Translations under genes and position numbers: made by a program
Shown here: positions 56,212 to 64,000 of the stretch, piece after piece
How the letters are laid out: every line of letters starts with the position of its first letter
How positions within the stretch are numbered: the first letter of the stretch is position 1
Source: an uncultured virus (IMG/VR IMGVR_UViG_3300037067_008364)
Lineage: Duplodnaviria > Heunggongvirae > Uroviricota > Caudoviricetes
Virus record (IMG/VR): IMGVR_UViG_3300037067_008364
Location: 1-64,000 of that record
Length of the DNA: 64,000 nt
Strand: one strand, 5' to 3'
Notes under the pieces: model-generated
What the model was told of the DNA's origin: nothing
Database searches by the model: none
What the model saw: only the letters and a program-made list of their open reading frames with translations

Positions 56212-56886
56212 ATGGCATATACAGATAAAACAGCAGCTAATATCATCACCGAAGTAAGAACGCTTATCAATGAGCCGACCGCGCGGTTTATATCAGATGC
56301 CGATATAACAGCGTGGCTGGATCTGGCGACTGCCCGTATCGGAGCAGTAACTTTGTTTGATGAAAAAACTACTACTGATACATTGGAAGCCGATACTGGG
56401 TCGTACGCATATAGTGCTAATGTGACAGACGATGTTGCAAAGATTGTTGCGGTTGTGCTTTGTCCTAACGGTTCGACAAACGGAACAGGAGCGTACGCGC
56501 TTACCAGAACACATCCGCGTCAATTCGGCAACAACAAGCCATATACCAAGGGAAGACCTACCGAGTATGCACTTTATAACGAGAGCATTAATGTATGGCC
56601 TGTCCCGAGTTCGACAACAGGAAGCGGAGATACACTGTACATATTCTACATAGATACACCTAGTGGTTACAGTGATGGAACAATTCTTCCGCCATATCTT
56701 CAGGAATATACCATACTTTACTGTGTCGCAAAATCATTCGAAAAAATGGGCAAGTATGCTATCTCTGAACAGTACATGTCTATATTCGAAGAATTCCTGC
56801 GGTTCCACCGCATGGATAGATTCTACCAGCCTGTCGATTCAAAAGATATGCTGGTCATTCAAGATAACGCACGGGTAATTCAGTAA
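56212..56886 (+). CDS. head-tail adaptor-like protein, paralog
   Basis: IITEVR.LINEPTA.FISDA.I..WL...GRP..Y...WP.P. Confidence 0.65.
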   Translation: MAYTDKTAANIITEVRTLINEPTARFISDADITAWLDLATARIGAVTLFDEKTTTDTLEADTGSYAYSANVTDDVAKIVAVVLCPNGSTNGTGAYALTRTHPRQFGNNKPYTKGRPTEYALYNESINVWPVPSSTTGSGDTLYIFYIDTPSGYSDGTILPPYLQEYTILYCVAKSFEKMGKYAISEQYMSIFEEFLRFHRMDRFYQPVDSKDMLVIQDNARVIQ

Positions 56887-56900
56887 GGAAAGTGAGATAA

Positions 56901-57572
56901 ATGTCTTTAATTACATTAGCAAATGCCATTACTGAAGTGCGTAGACGTATCAATGAACCTACAGCAAACTTCATTTCAGACGCTGAAATTACAGAATGGC
57001 TTAACAGAGGCGCGCGCAATGTCTCTTCAACTGTTCTTTCGAACTGGACTACAGAAACCGATACAATGACAGCCACACTTCAGTTTGTATATACCACTAC
57101 AGCGGAATTCATTAAGGCTGCCGGTGCGGTTTATACATCAACAGCTGGGCTTGCATACCATGGGTTGAGGCGCATGCGCTTGCAGGAAATAGGTCATACC
57201 AAAGCGCAGGATACAACTGGTGACAGACCTCTTGGATATATATTGTGGGGCGGTAATATGATATATTGGCCCGCCCCGGGGTCTACAGCAACAAGTGCTG
57301 GTGATAAAGTTGTTGTATATGGTTATATTATAGAAGACAACTATACAGATGGGAATCTTCAAGACTATGTAGGACTACTTCCAATTACATACGCAGTTGC
57401 GATGGCGCATATAAAACTAGGCAACCATTCCAAATCCGCTCTTGAATTCAAACGTTATATGTCAGGTATCATGATGGCTCGCCGTGACTTTGGTTTCGGC
57501 AGAACCGAAGAGGTTGAAGGATATGACGTAAGCAAGATACCCGATATTACAGTTTACCCTGAACAAGGATAA
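56901..57572 (+). CDS. head-tail adaptor-like protein, paralog
   Basis: AITEVRRRINEPTANFISDAEITEWLN...RP..Y...WP.P. Confidence 0.65.
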   Translation: MSLITLANAITEVRRRINEPTANFISDAEITEWLNRGARNVSSTVLSNWTTETDTMTATLQFVYTTTAEFIKAAGAVYTSTAGLAYHGLRRMRLQEIGHTKAQDTTGDRPLGYILWGGNMIYWPAPGSTATSAGDKVVVYGYIIEDNYTDGNLQDYVGLLPITYAVAMAHIKLGNHSKSALEFKRYMSGIMMARRDFGFGRTEEVEGYDVSKIPDITVYPEQG

Positions 57573-57574
57573 TT

Positions 57575-60500
57575 ATGGCTCGCAAGAAGATTACGCAGGA
57601 AACAGATATAACACAGCATGGAATGGATGTCAGGTTTGATGGCGATTTTCCTGTTGCAAACGACGAGTTCACGCAGTCAGTCGCGCTTACAGAGACAGGT
57701 GCTAACGTTAACTTTGATATAAGCTTCCCGTCTGCGCCGGACAACAAATATGCACAGGGAAAATATCCTGACGCTGCATTTGATTTGGAGATACCTGTTG
57801 CCGGTAATGAATTAACACCTGTTAAGAATATGGGCGAACCGACTCTCAACGGAGATTTCTTCGTAGCAGATGATGCCAAGTCCGGCAAAGCAATTACCGC
57901 AGAGAATGGCAGCACTCGCCCCAACTTTACGTTTGACAATCTGTACGATGCTGAATCAGACCGCATGGAACGTTTCCAGATGGGATTCACCGGTAGACTT
58001 ATTACTAAAGGCGACCCAATAACTATAGGCAAAGATAACTATAGTGAACTGAAGAACTTCAGGTATACAGACTTTGGTGTTGAAGGCGTTGGCGGTACAT
58101 CGAAGATTAATACGTACGAACCAAGAATACCAAGTGGTTACGCTATGGATTTCGAAAGCGGCATTCACTTGCAAACGGCTTATGACAGGGATGTGTCTAC
58201 ACAAACATGGTACTCAGTACACGATTATCTTTTACTTTGTGGAGAATATTCCAACCTTAGATACATTACAAAATATGAAGATGACCTTACATCTGATACT
58301 GGAGAATTTCCGTTTACTGTTGAAACCAGTCAAAATTCACTACGTATTCTTGGGTCGCTTGCCGGTTCTGATGATATTTCTCTTACAGTTAGAAACTATG
58401 GCGATGATGACTTGGCGAATCAACTTGCCATTGCTATCAACGCAAGTGATATTTTAACTGGATCTGATACAATAGGATATCAGTGTACTTATAGCGATAC
58501 ATCAAGATATTTTAAAATAGAAGCCGTTATAACTATAGGTAGTACTAATGACGGGTTAATATTTACATCGGATTTAGGCGGGCCCGTAACTATTGATATT
58601 CCAGATAGTGATTATTCCCCAACAGAATATATAACAGCCTTAAGTACTGCATTAAACAACGACGCTACTTTAACTGGGTCTGGTACAATAACATTTACAG
58701 TATCTCTTTCGAGCGGCAAAATTTCAATAGATGCTGGTTCTAGTCACACAATAGCTTATACTTTATTTGGCAGTGATGGGGCTACTGTGTCTGGGTTTTT
58801 AACTGATAAAGGTGCCTCACAATCTATTACGGCAACTGTTCCTATGTATGGTGTTCTTGGATTGAATTATAGTCAGTGTGGTGAAATAGCAGATAGAATG
58901 GGACTATACCAAGATCAAGGATATTCTACATATTTACAAAGTCAAAAACAAGTTAAACAAAATCTTTATGCATGTTCTACTGGTAGTCAAAAAGCACGTT
59001 TTGCAAATCTTCCAAATGGTTCTGTTGGTGTATGTACTCAAAAAGAAGACCTTATTTGGTCTGGAGATATACATGAAATATCAGCTTTTTTATCTGTAAG
59101 AGTAACTGCGGCAGCAATGTCAAGTTGGTTGCATGGTGATGATTATACCCAAATAGTACAGTCGTCAAGTACCAATGAATATATTATACCACAGTCATAT
59201 AATTCTGGTAATGGTTATTTATATCTTATTGGTTCTACGAGACCTATTAGCCGTATTTACTTTGATATGGTATCTGGTTATAGTAATTCAGCTACTAGTA
59301 CAATGTCTGTATTGTATTATAATAATAGTACTTGGTCAACGTGTACAATAACTGACAATACTTCAGATGGTACTCACACATTGGCACAAGATGGATGGGT
59401 TAATATAGATTCTCCCGGATACACATCACATGACCAACTTTATTATGGAGGATATCTTTTATATTTTTATCAAATACGGTTTTCTGATGTTGCCGGTTCT
59501 CCAAGAATTAATAAAATATATGTAGATTCTGATATGCAACCATTAAAAGATATTTGGGATGGTACCGAAAGAACACCTATTAATGTAAGTACATATATAG
59601 ATAGTACATATAAAGATTATACATTAGATATAGCTGAACAATCATATGGATATACCGATGCTACTACAACAACAATTGATGTCAGTTCCATGGCTTCTAA
59701 CCAGTCTTTATATTGTATATTCGAAGAACCGATAGCAGCATTAAAATTTACCTGTATAGGTAAAAATACAAACTCAAGTGCAGATTTAGAAATTAGTGAT
59801 TTTGAATACACAGGGTTAACAACATCAACTATAGTACATGATACGTGGAGTGCAAGCGGTAACGGCACTGTATTTTTTGAACCAAGCAACGCTGATAATG
59901 AAAAGAAAACAACTATTAATAGTATTAATGGATACGCATATCGCGTAAGATTTGATGCAACTCTTGCCGGTACACTTGAAATTGATAAAATTACTGGCAT
60001 CCCACACTACCCTGCGTCTAGCAGAGTAATTAGATCAAAACATATATTCCCTACCCAATTTGCAAATAGAGCGTTATGGTGTGGATCTGTTACTGATGGT
60101 GAATTGAATCGTATTGACTATTCAATGGCTAATACTGTCGATGTGTATAATGGTGAAGATGCAAGCGGTATGTTCAACGAACGTTCTATATTTATAGGTG
60201 GGCATGAAGCACTTACTGGAGCTGCCGAAGTATATACAAACATTGTAGAAAGTATGGATTCGGTATTGGTATTGTTTAAGAACAAAGAAACCTATCTTTT
60301 AACTGGTTATAGTCCATCGACATTTAAAGCAAAAACTATATCAACTTCTATTGGTTGCCCAGCGCCATTTACCATAACTTCAGTAGCTGTTTCTCCGAAA
60401 GAAATTGGGACGGGTATACAAAATATAGTACTATGGCTTTCCAATATCGGCCCTATGATGTACATCAATAATACCATCGTTCCCATAGGCCAAGAAATAC

Positions 60501-61534
60501 AGAATCTATTCGACCCGTATGAAGGGGCAAACAGCATAGATCAGTATTACATCAGCGGATCATCCGCATGGTTCGATGCTGATCATCTTGAATGGAATCT
60601 TGTATTCCCTCTTGGCACATATCAGTCTGCTGCTACTATAGACAAGTGGATGGTATATGATATCATCCGCAATAAATGGTACGAAAAAGATACCGGGACA
60701 AGCGGTATACAGCCTATCGGTGGATTTAATTATACCGATTCACGTGGACGTACCAGAACATGTGTGTATGGTGACGCAGGATATCTTATGCTACACGAGA
60801 ACGGTTTAGATTGGGTAACCTTAGACAGCACGGAGGCGATAGCCAATACTATCACGAGTTCTGATTTTTTTTTCGGGGACAGCATATGGGATCAGACGAG
60901 AGTCCTGAGGCACGAACTGATATTCGCAACAGAGGCAAGCGGTGAATTGACGGTCACGTATTATAAGGATTCAGGTACAAGCACCACAAGTGTAGACGGT
61001 CTTCCCGAGGACGCTTCAATGGCACTATCAGGATATCGTACAAAACATCGTATATCTGTCATGGACAATGTAGGATGGTCACATAAATTCTCGCATCTTA
61101 TCGAGAACTGTACCAATTACCGTCCTGAACTTATCGGAATGGGAGTTGTGTATCAGCAATACACTGAAGACAAGACCGATGCCGGATTGCTTGGTACGCT
61201 TACTATTACGTCAGGCTCAGACGCAACTATTTACACCAGCGATTTAGGTGGGCCTGTAACGATAGACATACCTGACGGAACATATAATCCTCTCGATATT
61301 GCCAATGCGCTTTCAACAGGACTTAATAACAGCGCTGTGCTCACTGGAACAGGAACAATTTACTTTAATGTTTATATCGACAATGAACATCTTGTTGTGG
61401 ATGCTGGAACTGGACACACGATAGCATATACACACTCAGGAAGTGATGGAGGTACAATGCTTGGGTTCAACGGAAACATAACTGCATCACAGACTATTAC
61501 AGCCCAGAACCCGATAACGGAGAATACAGCTTAA
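57575..61534 (+). CDS. tail nozzle/stabilisation-like virion protein with repeated inserted domains
   Basis: 1319 aa; F.NR, LVLFK....Y.L.G, IGC.AP..I, W.S..G propeller-type motifs; position after the adaptors. Confidence 0.7.
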   Translation: MARKKITQETDITQHGMDVRFDGDFPVANDEFTQSVALTETGANVNFDISFPSAPDNKYAQGKYPDAAFDLEIPVAGNELTPVKNMGEPTLNGDFFVADDAKSGKAITAENGSTRPNFTFDNLYDAESDRMERFQMGFTGRLITKGDPITIGKDNYSELKNFRYTDFGVEGVGGTSKINTYEPRIPSGYAMDFESGIHLQTAYDRDVSTQTWYSVHDYLLLCGEYSNLRYITKYEDDLTSDTGEFPFTVETSQNSLRILGSLAGSDDISLTVRNYGDDDLANQLAIAINASDILTGSDTIGYQCTYSDTSRYFKIEAVITIGSTNDGLIFTSDLGGPVTIDIPDSDYSPTEYITALSTALNNDATLTGSGTITFTVSLSSGKISIDAGSSHTIAYTLFGSDGATVSGFLTDKGASQSITATVPMYGVLGLNYSQCGEIADRMGLYQDQGYSTYLQSQKQVKQNLYACSTGSQKARFANLPNGSVGVCTQKEDLIWSGDIHEISAFLSVRVTAAAMSSWLHGDDYTQIVQSSSTNEYIIPQSYNSGNGYLYLIGSTRPISRIYFDMVSGYSNSATSTMSVLYYNNSTWSTCTITDNTSDGTHTLAQDGWVNIDSPGYTSHDQLYYGGYLLYFYQIRFSDVAGSPRINKIYVDSDMQPLKDIWDGTERTPINVSTYIDSTYKDYTLDIAEQSYGYTDATTTTIDVSSMASNQSLYCIFEEPIAALKFTCIGKNTNSSADLEISDFEYTGLTTSTIVHDTWSASGNGTVFFEPSNADNEKKTTINSINGYAYRVRFDATLAGTLEIDKITGIPHYPASSRVIRSKHIFPTQFANRALWCGSVTDGELNRIDYSMANTVDVYNGEDASGMFNERSIFIGGHEALTGAAEVYTNIVESMDSVLVLFKNKETYLLTGYSPSTFKAKTISTSIGCPAPFTITSVAVSPKEIGTGIQNIVLWLSNIGPMMYINNTIVPIGQEIQNLFDPYEGANSIDQYYISGSSAWFDADHLEWNLVFPLGTYQSAATIDKWMVYDIIRNKWYEKDTGTSGIQPIGGFNYTDSRGRTRTCVYGDAGYLMLHENGLDWVTLDSTEAIANTITSSDFFFGDSIWDQTRVLRHELIFATEASGELTVTYYKDSGTSTTSVDGLPEDASMALSGYRTKHRISVMDNVGWSHKFSHLIENCTNYRPELIGMGVVYQQYTEDKTDAGLLGTLTITSGSDATIYTSDLGGPVTIDIPDGTYNPLDIANALSTGLNNSAVLTGTGTIYFNVYIDNEHLVVDAGTGHTIAYTHSGSDGGTMLGFNGNITASQTITAQNPITENTA

Positions 61535-61917
61535 TGGATATCAATTTTTTAAAGTATATAAAGTTTATTCTTGGACAGGGTAATTATGATATCTCCTTGA
61601 CGCATTACAGTGATACATTGAATTATACATCTGATGTATCATTGCCGTCACAGCTAAATATGATGCGTTCTGGATATAATAATAAAAACATTATAGCACA
61701 TGATGGCGTACGAGGCCGATGGCACAAAATGTCATTATCGACAAGCAATGTAAATACAAAACCAAAACTTAATGCATTTGGAATGATGTATTCACATTAT
61801 CGAGAAGATAATATTGATCAGGGATATCTTATTTATAGTGAACATGGATATCTATTAAAAATATCTGATACTGAATATTTACTTTCAGAAGGAACGGACG
61901 GAGTGTTGGTACAGTAA
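61534..61917 (+). CDS. small virion protein paralogous to a C-terminal segment of the preceding gene
   Basis: Manual alignment (see findings). Confidence 0.65.
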   Translation: MDINFLKYIKFILGQGNYDISLTHYSDTLNYTSDVSLPSQLNMMRSGYNNKNIIAHDGVRGRWHKMSLSTSNVNTKPKLNAFGMMYSHYREDNIDQGYLIYSEHGYLLKISDTEYLLSEGTDGVLVQ

Positions 61918-63920
61918 TGGCAGACAAATTTGTACATGAACTTACACAGCTTTCATCTTTTGCTGATACTGATAAACTTCCAATAGAAGATGCGGATGCT
62001 CAAACCGTGCTCAAGTATGGTACTCTCGGGGATATAGCAGATTATATTACGGAGAATGCTACCAATATAGGCGGTACTAACGTCAGCGATATCGACCCTG
62101 TTGTTGATCCTACGGCAACTGGTACTCCGACTGGCCTTACTCTTACAACTAGTGGTGTGTATTTCTCTCCAGCTACATCTGGTGGATGGACTGCATATGC
62201 GCGTCTTGAATGGGATGCTAATACTGAAGATAATTTTGGTCATTATATCGTTAGGTACAAAAGAAGTTCTGATTCTTTATATTCATACGTAACAGCTTAT
62301 AATAGTGCAAGACAGATAGATGGTCTCATACCCGGGCAAGAATATAATTTCGGCGTGTGCAGCGTTAACAAAGCAGGATTCGCATCAGATTACTGTTTAA
62401 GCATTACAGAAACATTGACCGCTGATGCTGTAGCTCCCAATGCCCCAAGCAATGTCAGTGCTGCCGGTGGGCCGGGATATGCTGTTATAGATTGGGATGC
62501 CAATACCGAAACAGATTTAAGTTATTATAATATATACAGGAATACAGTAAGTGATTTTGTATCGTCAGTATTGGTAGGTAATTCCAGCACTGAATACTTT
62601 ATAGATTCAAACGATGGCAGTGGATATCTCGCTAAGGCTACATGGTATTATTTTGTCACAGCTGTTGATACATCAGGAAATGAATCTTCTGCATCCACTG
62701 TTGCATCTGCTACGGTTGTAAAAGTATCAGATACTCATGTTGAATATCTATCAGCAAGCAAGATTCTCATAGACGGCGTTGTGTATTTGTCTAATTGGAG
62801 ACACGGTTCTGATGCCACAAAAATAGATGGTGGAGATATTTACACTGGAAGTGTAACGGCTGACAAAATAACTACAACATATTTGTCATCTATTCAGGCT
62901 AACATGGGGTCTATCACTGCCGGGTCTATCGTAATCACAACCGGTTCAGACAAGATATGGTTAAATGACGGTGGTGACGGAGGATTAAATATTGGTGGAG
63001 GAACAAAGGCTAGTGCTCCATTCAGAGTAAGCGCAGCGGGAGCATTGGTTGCGACGAGTGCCACTATTTCTGGTACAGTTACATCTGGAACAGCAGGTGC
63101 ACAGAGAATTTATCTTGATGGTTCAACTGGAAAACTTGAACTATATGATTCTAGTAATAATTTAAAAGTACAAATAGATGATGATTCAACAAATGGGTAT
63201 ATAACAGTTGGAGATGTGGTTGGCGGATATACAAAAAATAAAGTAGCTTTATATACTAATACTATTTATGTTATGAATACAACATCTACAGATGAAACAT
63301 TTTATAGTTATTATACTGGTACAAGTCCTATTGTAAAAACATTTAGTATTACAGCTGGTGGTGTTCTTACTGCATATAGTAATATATTTTCATCTACTGG
63401 ATACGTTGATTCTGCTGCTGGATATTATGAAAGCGGAACTGAAATTATTACAACAACCAAAGCAATCCAAAATATTACCACAATAACAAACTCAGGACTT
63501 ATTGATTGTGGAAATTATGTAGACGCTGCCAGTGGATTCAAGGTGAATGGCACAGAGATAATAAATAGTTCACGAGTAATGTCAAACGTAACACTTCCAA
63601 ATCATTCAGCAGCTCTTGTGACATCTGGATACATGGATTGTGCAAGAGTACACAGTGCGTCAACCAATAAGATAGCTTATTTCGATTCAAGTACCGGTAT
63701 ACTTTCAGCATCAGGAGTTACTAATACAACACTTGGTTACCTTGATATATCATCATCACTTACAACGCTATTAGCTGGCAAGGCATCCACATCGCATTCA
63801 CATTCAATCAGCGACATTACAGGACTGTATGCAAACGAAATGGTGACAAATAACGATAGTGGTACTCCTTCACTTGGACAACGACCTGTATGGAGTACTG
63901 GGTATTGGGCATATTCATAA
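61917..63920 (+). CDS. tail fibre/spike-like protein with two fibronectin type III domains
   Basis: P.GL...L.W...Y.VRY...GL.PG.EY.F.V...N; P.APSNV...W...YNIYR...Y.VTAVD.SGNES; APFRV; H.H.ISDI.GL. Confidence 0.8.
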   Translation: MADKFVHELTQLSSFADTDKLPIEDADAQTVLKYGTLGDIADYITENATNIGGTNVSDIDPVVDPTATGTPTGLTLTTSGVYFSPATSGGWTAYARLEWDANTEDNFGHYIVRYKRSSDSLYSYVTAYNSARQIDGLIPGQEYNFGVCSVNKAGFASDYCLSITETLTADAVAPNAPSNVSAAGGPGYAVIDWDANTETDLSYYNIYRNTVSDFVSSVLVGNSSTEYFIDSNDGSGYLAKATWYYFVTAVDTSGNESSASTVASATVVKVSDTHVEYLSASKILIDGVVYLSNWRHGSDATKIDGGDIYTGSVTADKITTTYLSSIQANMGSITAGSIVITTGSDKIWLNDGGDGGLNIGGGTKASAPFRVSAAGALVATSATISGTVTSGTAGAQRIYLDGSTGKLELYDSSNNLKVQIDDDSTNGYITVGDVVGGYTKNKVALYTNTIYVMNTTSTDETFYSYYTGTSPIVKTFSITAGGVLTAYSNIFSSTGYVDSAAGYYESGTEIITTTKAIQNITTITNSGLIDCGNYVDAASGFKVNGTEIINSSRVMSNVTLPNHSAALVTSGYMDCARVHSASTNKIAYFDSSTGILSASGVTNTTLGYLDISSSLTTLLAGKASTSHSHSISDITGLYANEMVTNNDSGTPSLGQRPVWSTGYWAYS

Positions 63921-63932
63921 CATGGAGATTAT

Positions 63933-64000
63933 ATGCAAACAATAACGTATAAAGTTAATTTGAATGTTCCTGAACGTATTTACCTTGATGATGTTCTTTC
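63933..64000 (+). CDS. start of the next gene (truncated by the window end)
   Basis: GGAG RBS, MQTITYKVNLNVPERIYLDDVL... Confidence 0.55.
   Translation, partial: MQTITYKVNLNVPERIYLDDVL

Noticed and set aside
292..62292. Numerous antisense or nested ORFs in the track
   Set aside because: Shadows of better-supported genes; they lack RBSs and motifs
1..64000. Genome-wide TAG reassignment
   Set aside because: Long genes are intact in the standard code and TAG ends genes normally (for example at 12549 and 30932). Only one interrupted ORF was seen.

Overview
A 64-kb segment of a large tailed bacteriophage genome (podovirus-like head/tail module). The host is probably an anaerobic bacterium, judged from the class III RNR, sigma70-type promoters and AGGAG ribosome-binding sites. 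Layout: (1) 1-19.4 kb, minus strand: mostly small hypothetical early genes, a tRNA/tRNA-like cluster, a MoxR-type AAA/VWA-like pair, a Cys-rich paralog array and a pyrimidine-dimer glycosylase. (2) 19.4-21.6 kb: a non-coding strand-switch region with promoters, repeats and a structured RNA candidate. (3) 21.6-28.6 kb plus and 28.6-38.8 kb minus: accessory genes (DUF5662-like, VWA, nucleotidyltransferase, 3D-domain, DUF4326) and a split NrdD plus NrdG. (4) 39.3-64 kb, plus strand: morphogenesis genes, namely terminase small/large, a portal with an Ala-starting class-3 intein, a five-gene sugar-modification cassette inside the head module, scaffold, a major capsid gene split by a group I intron with a LAGLIDADG endonuclease, duplicated decoration proteins, three adaptor paralogs, a nozzle-like protein and an FN3 tail fibre. 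The most unusual signals are a circularly permuted tRNA-like gene, two promoter-driven small RNA candidates carrying anti-Shine-Dalgarno sequences that match phage RBSs, CC/GG-free promoter islands with a shared 29-bp palindrome, and the candidate virion-glycosylation cassette. All family calls come from motif recognition by eye; no database searches were run.
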